Positions 1 to 9,478 of a DNA stretch of 49,018 bases are shown here, piece by piece. Within the stretch, counting starts at the first letter, position 1; each line of letters begins with the position of its first letter. The stretch covers positions 4,982-53,999 of the forward strand of contig JAYEMF010000029.1 of NCBI GenBank assembly GCA_034717975.1, read 5' to 3'. This DNA comes from Campylobacterota bacterium (GTDB lineage: Bacteria; Campylobacterota; Campylobacteria; Campylobacterales; Sulfurimonadaceae). Below the pieces are notes generated by a model that was given only the letters and a program-made list of their open reading frames with translations, was not told where the DNA came from and made no database searches. Position numbers and translations under genes: made by a program.

Positions 1-59
1 AACTTTGCGATTTCCCTCGATTTGGCTACAATCTCTTAACAACTTCTTACAGGTTTAGA

Positions 60-500
60 ATGAATATCACCACGCCGATTCTTATGATCATCGTACTTTT
101 GGTCGTACTGCTTATCCTCGTGTTTATGTTGGTGGCCAGACCTTCGAAAAAAAAGCATGTACAAAAACGAACGATTAAACAGCCACCTGTTGAAAAAAAG
201 AGAGTCCGGTCTTTTGACGAACTTGTAGCGGTGTTGAAAAAGAAGACAAGCGGTGCCGATGAGCTGCGTGATGCACTGCATGAGATAACTGGAAGTTACG
301 GAAAGATCACCCCTAAGCTCGGCGCGCGCGTCCATCCTGATTTTGACAACTATATGCTGGTGATCTTACTGATCTGCCGCCACCGTAACACCAATAAAAA
401 TATTATTTTGGATTTTGATCGTGCTTTGAGCGGGCGTAATCCTGAGTATAAGCGCGAGATAAGCGATGCGGTTCAAAAAGGGCTTAACTCGAGAGGGTAA
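60..500 (+). CDS. Hypothetical N-terminally membrane-anchored protein
   Basis: 146 aa ORF; hydrophobic N-terminal helix followed by a Lys-rich linker and a helical domain. Confidence 0.75.
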   Translation: MNITTPILMIIVLLVVLLILVFMLVARPSKKKHVQKRTIKQPPVEKKRVRSFDELVAVLKKKTSGADELRDALHEITGSYGKITPKLGARVHPDFDNYMLVILLICRHRNTNKNIILDFDRALSGRNPEYKREISDAVQKGLNSRG

Positions 501-594
501 GTGTCTTGGCGCAGGCAAACCACATACCATGTGGCTCTTCCCCTTCCCGCTTAGCGAAGCGACCTCTTCACCCTTCCCCAAGCTGCTTCGCAGC

Positions 595-2520
595 TTACGC
601 CAACTCCTCAGCAAGCGGTCCCTGGATCGTATAGATATGCAGTTTTGAAAGTTTTTCCAGCTCTTCGTCTGTGCTTACCCCTGCCGCCATCAGTTCGATC
701 CCCAAAGAATCGGTAATGATCTGAAGCGTTGACATGCTCTGCTGCGACTGGTCGAGCAAGAAGGCGATGTCGGCCTGAATGTAAAGTGGTTTGAGCTCTT
801 TAAGGAAATCGTAGTTTTTGGACTCTCCGGTGAACTGGCTGATGCCGAATCGTACATAGAAGCGCTTGAAGAGTGTGGTGAGCTGGCGGACATGTTCAAT
901 GTTTTCGACGATCAGCTTGTCCGGGATCTCAAAGATCATGGAGAATGAGAGATCATCTGCATATTGTTCAAACAGCAGGGTCAGGTTATGCATAAACGAG
1001 ACCGTTTTTAGCAGGTCTGTGGGTGTCCGTACCGCTATGCTCTTTCCGGAAAGCAGTGGGTTCTGTTCTCTCATGAGATGTTCAATAACATGAAGGTAAA
1101 CATCATCTTCCAGCCCCAGGCTGATGACCGGTGCGATAAACTGCCCGTAGGAGTAGGACGTTCCTTCCTGATCATTGAGGGAGAAAGTCATTACCTTGTG
1201 CTGCAGTGCTTTGGCCTTGGTGTTATAGGCCGGCCAGAACTCCATGCTGAAGCGATCGTGGGACATACCTTCTGTAATCACTGTACGCCAGCTCTCTTTA
1301 CCCATAACCCCCTCCAGGGACTGGGCACTGTGAAGATAGGCATTGTCGAGCGGAAGGAGTTTGGCCTGAGCAAGGGCATAGTCGACATTGGCAAAGATAT
1401 CGCCGATGCCATCACCTCGTCGGTAGCTGTATACTCCTGCGAAGATGCCGAATCCATCCTCTTTGGCAAGCGTGTAGTGATTCAGCATCATCTCTGAAGC
1501 CTGACCGATCTGCTGAGCGATCTCAAAGGCTTCCTCTCCATCACATCCCGGAAGCAGCAGAGTGAACTCGGTTCCGTTCATACGCGCGGCAAGCACATCT
1601 TCAAAATCATCGCCATGACTCTGGATCAGCCCGCCCAGTGCGCCAAAGAGTTCATCTACTTTCTGGTGGCCGATGGCTTTGTTGGCTTTCTGAGCACCCT
1701 CAAAGGAGATGAGGATCAATGCGCCTCTATCGTAGATGCTCTCATCATTAAGGTATTGCGGCAGTTTCATCATCAGGTAGCGGCGGTTATAGAGCTTGGT
1801 GACATTGTCGTTGTAGAGAAGCTCATGGTTGCTTCGCATCGCTTTGTTGCCCTTTTCAAAGATATCTTCTACCTTTTTGACCATCGCGTTCATCCCTTTG
1901 GCAACATGCTTGAACTCGGTGGTGTAAGGCATTTTCTCCTGAATGATAAACTCATTGTTGAGAATAGCTTCGGCCTGCTGCTGAACCTTGGTCAGCGGGC
2001 GCAAGATAATATGGAGTACGCCGGCTATCACGATAAGACCGATAACAGCGAGTATAAAGAAGAGAAGCGATAAATGGCTAAGTGTATTGTAGAGCAGTGT
2101 ATAGGCGTAGTCACTGTCGCTTTGAACACTCAATATCCCGATTGGGGACCATCCCGATGAGACCTGTGCTGAAGCTGAAGGGATATCGATATGGACCAAA
2201 TCGGTAAACCATAAAGGCACCTCTATTGTAGTCTGCTCTTTGACGCGTTCATAGATAAGTTCATCATCAATGTCATAAAGGACGATATGCGTATAGTGGC
2301 CGCTGTCGAAGTTCGCATTGATCATGGTTGACATGATCGTCTCATCACCCCCAGCCGTCCCGAGGGAGAGGCTGAGTGATGAGGCGGTGTTCTTGGCATC
2401 TTCATAGAGCTGCTGCTGAATCGCCTCTGAGGTCTGAGTGAAGTTGACGGCGAGGACAGTAGTCAGAAGTAAGAGTAAAAAAAGTGAGATGATCAGGGCC
2501 ATCTGTTTAAAGAGTGTCAC
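595..2520 (-). CDS. lapD: LapD/MoxY-family c-di-GMP receptor (periplasmic domain, HAMP, degenerate GGDEF and EAL)
   Basis: MTLFKQ start, two TM helices, LapD-type SSGW motif, degenerate GGDEF (RMNGTEF), EAL-like C-terminus; overlaps the upstream lapG-like gene by 4 bp. Confidence 0.85.
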   Translation of the reverse strand: MTLFKQMALIISLFLLLLLTTVLAVNFTQTSEAIQQQLYEDAKNTASSLSLSLGTAGGDETIMSTMINANFDSGHYTHIVLYDIDDELIYERVKEQTTIEVPLWFTDLVHIDIPSASAQVSSGWSPIGILSVQSDSDYAYTLLYNTLSHLSLLFFILAVIGLIVIAGVLHIILRPLTKVQQQAEAILNNEFIIQEKMPYTTEFKHVAKGMNAMVKKVEDIFEKGNKAMRSNHELLYNDNVTKLYNRRYLMMKLPQYLNDESIYDRGALILISFEGAQKANKAIGHQKVDELFGALGGLIQSHGDDFEDVLAARMNGTEFTLLLPGCDGEEAFEIAQQIGQASEMMLNHYTLAKEDGFGIFAGVYSYRRGDGIGDIFANVDYALAQAKLLPLDNAYLHSAQSLEGVMGKESWRTVITEGMSHDRFSMEFWPAYNTKAKALQHKVMTFSLNDQEGTSYSYGQFIAPVISLGLEDDVYLHVIEHLMREQNPLLSGKSIAVRTPTDLLKTVSFMHNLTLLFEQYADDLSFSMIFEIPDKLIVENIEHVRQLTTLFKRFYVRFGISQFTGESKNYDFLKELKPLYIQADIAFLLDQSQQSMSTLQIITDSLGIELMAAGVSTDEELEKLSKLHIYTIQGPLAEELA

Positions 2521-3149
2521 AGTTTATTCCTTTTGATATCTTGAATGAGTTGATCCCATTTTTTATGGGTCTTAGGGCTTTTAATGGCTTTGCCCTGTTC
2601 GCCTTTTTTCTTGGCGAGGTAGAGTGAGTCACCGTTGAAGTTGTAGATCGGTATGAGGTCACGCCGCTTGGTGGCGGGAAAGATCCTGAAGTTGTTGTTG
2701 TCCAGAACCAGCGGGATGGACTTGGGCGTCTCGAAATAGGTCAGAACCATATGCGGCTGTTTGAATTTTCTTGATTTGACGTAGGTGAAGTAGAGTTTTT
2801 TCGGATCGACGCCGAGCTCTTTCAGTGCAAAATATTTGGCGATGACGTAATCCTCGCAATCACCGAGATCGCGTCCGAGAAACTCCCACGGTGTAGCCCA
2901 GTAATCCTTCTTGCCATAGATCTTCAGGTCACTGGAGTAGCGGACATCGTTGAAGAAGTTATTGACTCCCTCAAGCTTTTCAAGATCGCTTTTCTCCTGA
3001 AGCTCTACCAGCGTTTTATTAAGATAGATAAAGCGGTTTTTGGCAAACTTTCCGTATTTGGCATTGACCTTGCCGAGAAGTTCATCGCTGGCAAAGGGTT
3101 CGGCGATTACAGCGACAAAGAGAAAGAGCAGAAGAGTAAAGGAGCGCAT
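2517..3149 (-). CDS. lapG: Transglutaminase-like cysteine peptidase (LapG/BTLCP)
   Basis: Signal peptide; DYWATP, GDCEDY, HMVL and VLDN motifs supply the Cys-His-Asp triad. Confidence 0.88.
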   Translation of the reverse strand: MRSFTLLLFLFVAVIAEPFASDELLGKVNAKYGKFAKNRFIYLNKTLVELQEKSDLEKLEGVNNFFNDVRYSSDLKIYGKKDYWATPWEFLGRDLGDCEDYVIAKYFALKELGVDPKKLYFTYVKSRKFKQPHMVLTYFETPKSIPLVLDNNNFRIFPATKRRDLIPIYNFNGDSLYLAKKKGEQGKAIKSPKTHKKWDQLIQDIKRNKL

Positions 3150-3272
3150 CTATTTTCTGTACTCCAGAAAATACCAGAGTATACCCATCACGACTACCAT
3201 GCTTAGGAGGAAGAGGAAGTTCGGTAACAGCGCCACGTTGATCACGCTCTGGGTCGGCTCATTTTGATTCAT
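3150..3272 (-). CDS. Small membrane protein (40 aa), not in ORF track
   Basis: MNQNEPTQSVINVALLPNFLFLLSMVVVMGILWYFLEYRK; stop abuts the lapG ATG; TATAAT 6 nt upstream of its ATG. Confidence 0.6.
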   Translation of the reverse strand: MNQNEPTQSVINVALLPNFLFLLSMVVVMGILWYFLEYRK

Positions 3273-3335
3273 GGGGATATTATATCCTATTGACTCCGCC
3301 GGCGGGGCAAGCCCATCGCCTCTGGTTCCGATCCT

Positions 3336-3360
3336 AAAAAGGCCAAGAAATCGGCCTTTT
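3336..3360 (-). terminator. Rho-independent terminator
   Basis: aaaaggcc...ggcctttt inverted repeat with a minus-strand U-tract directly after the 3362..4171 gene. Confidence 0.6.
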
Positions 3361-3361
3361 C

Positions 3362-4171
3362 TTAACGGATCTCACCTTTCTGCCAAACCCGTTTACCGCG
3401 GACATCGCCAAAGAGCAGGACATCTTTGAGCATTGCCTCTTTGGCCAGATAGTCAGCATCGAGGTTGATGTAGAGTTCTCCTTTGTCACTCTGGAAGATA
3501 TCCTGGTTGATCACCACGGTGACGAGACGGTCTTCGTTGTCAGGCATCAGCTTGGCGATCTCTTTGCGTTTTTTTCCGGCCGGATTGGTAATGGTGATTT
3601 CACCTTTTTCCCCTTTGGCACCGGCAGTCGTTTCGCTCTTTTCGCTCCCCTGTGGAATCTCACCCAAAAGGGTGCGTACATTGAAAAAGAGGGAGAGGAG
3701 GTCATTTTCTGCCTTGTAGGGGAGAGTCTCGAGAGAGTCACTCTTTTCAACCGTCATGGTTTCAACATTTTTCATTTTGCTCCAGTTAAAATGGCTTTTA
3801 TAGATGTTTTTCTGGCGAAAACGAAACTTCTGTACGTTGTGACTATCCGGATCAAAGACATAATAGGTATCTTCATGACGGTGGTCGGAACGGCGTATCT
3901 TTTTGTAGAGCTCGGGTTTGAGAATACCGTTCTCGATCACGCCGAAACTCTCATGGACCTCCCGTCGGTTCTGGCCGATGGAAGCGGCCGTTCCGCTCAG
4001 TCCGCCGTCGATATAGATATGGTAGAACTTCCCGTAGGTCTTAAAGGAGACTGTAGCTTCGCCGATCTTGCCGAAGACCGAGAAGGAGATGTCGTATTTG
4101 GCCGAGATGGAAGCGGCATTGAGCGTACTGCCAAGAACGAGTGCAGTGATCAGATTGAGTAGACGCATCAT
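3362..4171 (-). CDS. DUF3108-like exported protein
   Basis: Signal peptide; Y(D)ISF..FGKIG, DLLSLFF and DVLLFGDVRG pattern typical of this family in Campylobacterota. Confidence 0.65.
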   Translation of the reverse strand: MMRLLNLITALVLGSTLNAASISAKYDISFSVFGKIGEATVSFKTYGKFYHIYIDGGLSGTAASIGQNRREVHESFGVIENGILKPELYKKIRRSDHRHEDTYYVFDPDSHNVQKFRFRQKNIYKSHFNWSKMKNVETMTVEKSDSLETLPYKAENDLLSLFFNVRTLLGEIPQGSEKSETTAGAKGEKGEITITNPAGKKRKEIAKLMPDNEDRLVTVVINQDIFQSDKGELYINLDADYLAKEAMLKDVLLFGDVRGKRVWQKGEIR

Positions 4172-5415
4172 TGGCTGCTTTCGACGCGGTTGCGTCCGTT
4201 GTTTTTTGCATGATAGAGCATCATATCGGCGCTGTTGACGCTCTCCTCGAGTGTATCCTCATGGTCGAGTGATACCCCGATAGAGATGGTGTAACCGATC
4301 TCTTCTTGTTCACTGAGTGTGAGTGGCGTCGCTGCCACCTTTTGCCTGATATTCTCAAAAAGATCGACAGCTTGATCATTGGTGAGATCTTTGAGAGCAA
4401 TACAGAACTCCTCCCCGCCAAAGCGAGCGACCATATCGCTCTCGCTAGTGTTGGAGCGCAGCAGTTCGGAGAGGTGGATGATGACCTGATCACCTACGTC
4501 ATGCCCATAGGTGTCATTGATATTTTTAAAGTGGTCGATGTCGACCATGGCGATGGCAAAGTTCTCACCCTCTTCCACTGCTTTGGCAAAATACTCCTCC
4601 ATGGTTCGGAAGAAATAGCGGCGGTTATAGAGCCCGGTCAGAAAGTCGCGTTTGGCATGGTTTGTAATGGCATCGATGTTCTCCAGCGCTTCGATGGCAT
4701 TATTGAGGCGGCAGGAAAACTCCTCTTTGCTGAAGGGCTTTTTGATGAAGTCGGTGGCTCCGCTTTTGAGGAACATTGCCGAGATATCTTCATCTTTACT
4801 GGATGAGATCGCCAGAATACTCAGTTCGTTTTTCGGATGGACCTTGCGGATCTCGCGAGTGAGCTCAAGTCCATCCATAACCGGCATGGCGTAGTCGGTA
4901 AGAACGATCCGGATATCGGGATTCTCTTTCAGAATGCCCAGAGCCTCTTCGCCATGGGCAACAGCATAGACCTGAAAAAAGAGATTTTTGACCATCTTCT
5001 GCATACTCTTGCGAAAGAGCATGGAGTCATCGACAATAAGGACTTTATGCTGGCGGTTCTTATGAAGACGATCGATGGTACTGATAATATAGTTGATATC
5101 TTCGATGCCCCCTTTTCCGATGTAGTCGATGATCTCTTTTTTAAGTATGGAACGGCGGAACTCCTTGTCCATATTGCCGCTGAGCACCATGGCAGGAACA
5201 TCCTGTTCGATGACGGCATCAACGATCTCGCCGTCAGGCGCATCGGGAAGGTTAATGTCCAGGAGAGCCATAAAATAGTCAAACTTCCGGGTAAAAAGCA
5301 TGGCTTCTTTCATGCTGTAGGCAACATCGACCTCAAAGGGCAGATTGGCTGTGATCTTCATAGCGACCAGTTTTGCCAATGACTTATTGTCTTCGACCAG
5401 TAAGATGCGTTCCAT
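4168..5415 (-). CDS. Response-regulator diguanylate cyclase (REC-REC-GGDEF, CbrR-like)
   Basis: Two receiver domains (ILLVED, VLIVDD, DYAMP) and intact GGEEF; start placed at ATG 5415 after an AAGGA RBS. Confidence 0.9.
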   Translation of the reverse strand: MERILLVEDNKSLAKLVAMKITANLPFEVDVAYSMKEAMLFTRKFDYFMALLDINLPDAPDGEIVDAVIEQDVPAMVLSGNMDKEFRRSILKKEIIDYIGKGGIEDINYIISTIDRLHKNRQHKVLIVDDSMLFRKSMQKMVKNLFFQVYAVAHGEEALGILKENPDIRIVLTDYAMPVMDGLELTREIRKVHPKNELSILAISSSKDEDISAMFLKSGATDFIKKPFSKEEFSCRLNNAIEALENIDAITNHAKRDFLTGLYNRRYFFRTMEEYFAKAVEEGENFAIAMVDIDHFKNINDTYGHDVGDQVIIHLSELLRSNTSESDMVARFGGEEFCIALKDLTNDQAVDLFENIRQKVAATPLTLSEQEEIGYTISIGVSLDHEDTLEESVNSADMMLYHAKNNGRNRVESSQ

Positions 5416-5600
5416 GGGTTTAAGTCCTTCAATATATAATAATAAACAATATTTCATAAAGTCGGTTAAGCTGAATGCTATATGATGTTAATACTTTACA
5501 CTATTTCGACACAAATTTGATTAAAATCAAAGGATATCAACGCTTAAAGTTTTTTTTTTACAGTATGATAAAGGAATTAAAAAAAAGGGGGAAAGGTGTA

Positions 5601-6149
5601 ATGTCAAGAAAATCGCTGAGCAAATCGGATCAGCCGAAGAACTATACCGCCAATGAGAAGAAGCTGGATGAAAATGATTTCATCGTCTCGAAAACGGACA
5701 GGAAAGGCAAGCTCATCTACGTCAACCAGATCTTTACCAAGCTGGCGGGCTATCCGGCGGCTGATCTTATCGGCGCGAACCACAATCTGATCCGTCACCC
5801 GGATATGCCGAAACTGGCTTTTAAAGTGGCATGGGATCTTATCCAGGAGAAAAAAGAGTTTTTCGGTTTTGTCAAAAACCTCTGTGCCGATGGCGGCTAC
5901 TACTGGGTATTGGCCTATATAACAGCAGATCTCGACAGCAGCGGCAACATCGTCAGCTACACCTCCATCCGCCGCAAACCGCCGCAGTCTGCCATCGATA
6001 CGATTGCACCGATCTATAAACAGCTGCTCGAAGCTGAGTCGCGCGGCGGTGTACAGGCTTCTGAGGCACTGCTCAATGAGACGCTGGCCGAACATGGTGT
6101 GAGTTATGACGAGTTTATCATTAACTTGCAAAAAGATATTCGGGTATAG
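5601..6149 (+). CDS. Stand-alone PAS-domain protein (Aer/CetB-like)
   Basis: [20 protein letters not shown]...GGYYWV Aer-type FAD-PAS motifs; start moved to ATG 5601 after AAAGG. Confidence 0.85.
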   Translation: MSRKSLSKSDQPKNYTANEKKLDENDFIVSKTDRKGKLIYVNQIFTKLAGYPAADLIGANHNLIRHPDMPKLAFKVAWDLIQEKKEFFGFVKNLCADGGYYWVLAYITADLDSSGNIVSYTSIRRKPPQSAIDTIAPIYKQLLEAESRGGVQASEALLNETLAEHGVSYDEFIINLQKDIRV

Positions 6150-6160
6150 GGGACGAGATC

Positions 6161-7621
6161 ATGACAAACATTAAAAATCCAACGGTTATCGTTTTACTGC
6201 TGCTTCTGCTTGGAGCTGCGATCTATCTGGGTGTTACCGGTCACATACTTGTTGCGGTGATCCTGGCGGTCATTGGGCTGGGTGCACTCTTTATCCCCTC
6301 AGCTGCACAGTCACCGGCTTACAGCACTGATATCCTCGATCAGATCACTTCGGTAGTCGGTGATGCCAGAAACGGCAAACTCTCCAGCCGTGTTATTTTG
6401 GATCATAACGAGACACAGCAGGAAAAAGTCGCCTGGGCGATCAACGACATGCTCGACCAGACCGAGGTGATCTTGCGTGAGACCCGTTATACCATCGATG
6501 CTGTCAGCAATGGAAAAATGTATCGCAGTATGTTTCCTGAAGGGCTGAACGGTGAGTATAAAGATACGGCCAATGCCATCCAGAGGGCGATCGCTTCGAT
6601 GAAAGCCAATGCACGTTACCAGCTGATGGGGGTTCTGTCTACCGAGTTTGCCCAGCTTAACGGCGGTATTAAAGGAAGTCTGGATGTCATTACGAATGAC
6701 ATCAATCGGACTGAAGTGGCATTTAACGAAGTGACTGAAAACACCACCACTTCAGCTGCCTCGGCGTCTGAGACCTATAGCGCCGTTCAGCAGACCAACC
6801 AGGAGATCGCCAGTCTGAGTGAACTGGTCATCGATACGGCAAGTGCCATTGAACAGATGAGTACCAATGTCAATGATATCTCCTCTGTAGTCAACCTGAT
6901 TAAAGATATTGCCGACCAGACCAATCTGCTTGCGCTCAATGCCGCCATTGAAGCGGCGCGTGCGGGTGAGCATGGTCGAGGGTTTGCCGTAGTCGCCGAT
7001 GAGGTACGTAAGCTGGCTGAACGGACGCAAAAAGCGACGGGCGAGATCAGTATCACGATCCAGAACCTTCAGCAGCAGTCCAGCGGTATCTCTGAAAATG
7101 CCGACAGTATGAATACCATTGCAACCAGTGCCAACTCAACGATGGAAAATTTTGCCGATGTCATGAGCGGTTTCACTACAGATCTCTCCGCTACCAAAGG
7201 GCTTTCCAATCAGAGCAGTTTTGGACTGCTGATGTCCATTTACAAGATCCACCATATTCTCTACAAATCAAGTGCCTACTCGGCTGTTACCAACGGCAAT
7301 GTGCGTGAAGAGCTCTTCGCCGATGCCAAGAGCTGCGGTTTCGGTATGTGGTATTACGGTGCCGGTGCGAGACTTTTTGGCAATTTGCCGACATTCAAAC
7401 AGATGGAAGTCCACCATCTTGGTATTCATGATCTTATCAATGGTAATCTGGATTGTATCAAAAACAGTGGATGCGCTTCCAAGGGCGGCAAAGATAACAT
7501 TGTCGCCGATTTTGCCAAAGCGGAAGAGCACTCCAATCAGCTCTTTGCCCTGATGGACAAGCTTGTCAGCGAAGTGGGTTCCAGCGTCGATATGAAAGCG
7601 GTGCTTGAAGGGCATCATTAG
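6161..7621 (+). CDS. Methyl-accepting chemotaxis protein with C-terminal CZB domain (CetA-like partner of the PAS protein)
   Basis: Two adjacent N-terminal TMs; [37 protein letters not shown] motif H...CGFGMWYY...H..IH. Confidence 0.9.
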   Translation: MTNIKNPTVIVLLLLLLGAAIYLGVTGHILVAVILAVIGLGALFIPSAAQSPAYSTDILDQITSVVGDARNGKLSSRVILDHNETQQEKVAWAINDMLDQTEVILRETRYTIDAVSNGKMYRSMFPEGLNGEYKDTANAIQRAIASMKANARYQLMGVLSTEFAQLNGGIKGSLDVITNDINRTEVAFNEVTENTTTSAASASETYSAVQQTNQEIASLSELVIDTASAIEQMSTNVNDISSVVNLIKDIADQTNLLALNAAIEAARAGEHGRGFAVVADEVRKLAERTQKATGEISITIQNLQQQSSGISENADSMNTIATSANSTMENFADVMSGFTTDLSATKGLSNQSSFGLLMSIYKIHHILYKSSAYSAVTNGNVREELFADAKSCGFGMWYYGAGARLFGNLPTFKQMEVHHLGIHDLINGNLDCIKNSGCASKGGKDNIVADFAKAEEHSNQLFALMDKLVSEVGSSVDMKAVLEGHH

Positions 7622-7671
7622 GTTCTACGCGATAAAATTACTTCACTTAATGATATGAGATGGAGTAGAAG

Positions 7672-9024
7672 ATGCAGGTCGAATTTTTAGAAGTTGAGAA
7701 ACCCTCCAATGTAGCGGTCTCCGCTGCGAGGACCTGTTATTTCCCCAACGGTATTGTCCCTCCTGAAAAGAGTGATGCGTGGTCCCGTAAAGATGATCTC
7801 TTAAAGGGTATCTTCAAAGGGGGTCACCACACCACCCTTCAGCATACGCACATCACGATGCTCATCTCCGATGTCAGCCGTCACCTTATCTGGCGATTTC
7901 TTCATGGCCATCCCTACTACAACTCCGAACAGGTCTCCCAGCGCTATGCCAAGATGAAGATTGAAAACTTTGTCTATCCGGAAGAGGGAGACAGAAGCGA
8001 GTGGGAGACGTTCTACCAGGAGCGTTTTGAGGATTATGAGAAGCTGATCGAGATCCTCTATCCGGATGTCGAGGCTGTAGTACCGAAGTTTCGCCGTAAA
8101 GATACGGGCAAAAAAGCGCAGGAGATGGCGCGTTACGTTCTTCCGGGAGGGATGAGCGCCTACCTCTACCATACGGTCAACATCATTACCCTGCTTCGTT
8201 ATATCGCCGTGGCCAAATCGATGCCGGAGTGCCGGCAGGAGGCGCAGGAGCTGGCCGATATGTTCGCCGAAAAACTTGTGGAGCTAGACAGCTCGCTTGC
8301 CCCTCTGGTTGAACATGCGCAGCAATCCTCCCCGAATTTTCCGACTTTTGATATGCAGGGTCTGAAAAGTAAGATCGGGCTGAAGCACGAACAGGTTAAA
8401 GTCTATGATGTTGTTGGTGACGCCGCTTTCGATGTCGATGAAAACTATGCCGATGTCCTTCGCTATTCGCAGATGCTCCCTGACAGCGGCGTGCTGGGCG
8501 GTTTCAGCACCTACATGAAGCTTTCGCTCTCTGCCGATGCCCAAAACCAGCGCCACCGCCGTTCACCGGCTGTCCGTCCGGCAATGGAGGCCAACTATGA
8601 GCGCTCTTACTACATCCCGCCGATCATCGCGAAAAATGAGGAGGCGTTAGCGCTCTATAACGCGTCGATAACAGCCAGTTATGACTTCTTTGAAGCACAG
8701 GAAAAGAAGATCGGTTTTGGTGAAGCCGTCTACGCCATCAGCAATGCCCATGAGATCGAACTGATCGAGCGCAACGACTTTACCTCGTTCCACCACAAAG
8801 CGCAGATGCGGCTGTGCTACAACGCCCAGGAAGAGATCTATGACATCGTCTACGATCAGGTCAAACAGCTTCGCGATATGAACGTAGCGGGCAGTGAAGA
8901 GTTGCTGCCGCCGTGTGCGACCCGTTTCAAGATGAAGATCCGTCCGACCTGTCCGGAAGGCGATCACTTCTGCGGGATCAAAGTCTGGAAACTGGATTTT
9001 AATGACTACAAAAGGGATATCTGA
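7672..9024 (+). CDS. thyX: FAD-dependent thymidylate synthase-like protein with two ThyX domains
   Basis: AARTCY, GHHTTLQH, SEQVSQRY, QEMARYVLP in the first half; QNQRHRR, RLCYNAQEEI, CPEG in the second half. Confidence 0.75.
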   Translation: MQVEFLEVEKPSNVAVSAARTCYFPNGIVPPEKSDAWSRKDDLLKGIFKGGHHTTLQHTHITMLISDVSRHLIWRFLHGHPYYNSEQVSQRYAKMKIENFVYPEEGDRSEWETFYQERFEDYEKLIEILYPDVEAVVPKFRRKDTGKKAQEMARYVLPGGMSAYLYHTVNIITLLRYIAVAKSMPECRQEAQELADMFAEKLVELDSSLAPLVEHAQQSSPNFPTFDMQGLKSKIGLKHEQVKVYDVVGDAAFDVDENYADVLRYSQMLPDSGVLGGFSTYMKLSLSADAQNQRHRRSPAVRPAMEANYERSYYIPPIIAKNEEALALYNASITASYDFFEAQEKKIGFGEAVYAISNAHEIELIERNDFTSFHHKAQMRLCYNAQEEIYDIVYDQVKQLRDMNVAGSEELLPPCATRFKMKIRPTCPEGDHFCGIKVWKLDFNDYKRDI

Positions 9025-9263
9025 TGCGTTATATACTATTTGTACTTACAGCGATACTTTTCATCTCAGGCTGCAGCAGTAAAAACATCCGTGTAAGCGG
9101 GATGATCTGCCCGCCTGGTCACTCCGAGCAGATGGTACACAGCGATTTTCGCGAGTGTCGTGCCTATGATGAGAAAGAAGCAGAGGCGGCAACCTATCCT
9201 AAAACGCTTGAGGGTGAGTGTAAAGAGTGTCTCTTAAAACGCGGCTACAAAATCGACGAATAG
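9024..9263 (+). CDS. Small Cys-rich lipoprotein
   Basis: Lipobox ISGC; 1-bp overlap with the thyX-like stop. Confidence 0.75.
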   Translation: MRYILFVLTAILFISGCSSKNIRVSGMICPPGHSEQMVHSDFRECRAYDEKEAEAATYPKTLEGECKECLLKRGYKIDE

Positions 9264-9478
9264 TTGTCGGGTTGTTGGCACTGCTGCTCTTTCAAGGCTG
9301 CAGCAACTTCCGTTTCAATGCGACGATGTGTGACCAGATAGCCTCTGATCCGACGCAAACCGTTCCGAAAGAGTGCTATAACTACTCCGAAGAGGAAGCA
9401 GCCAAAGCGTCACTGCCGCCAAAAGAGCCAGAGTGCATTGAGTGCTCCAAACCCGACAAACTCCAATACAGGAAATAG
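9227..9478 (+). CDS. Small Cys-rich lipoprotein, paralog of the preceding gene
   Basis: Lipobox FQGC; stop abuts the dGTPase ATG; start uncertain. Confidence 0.7.
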   Translation: MSLKTRLQNRRIVVGLLALLLFQGCSNFRFNATMCDQIASDPTQTVPKECYNYSEEEAAKASLPPKEPECIECSKPDKLQYRK

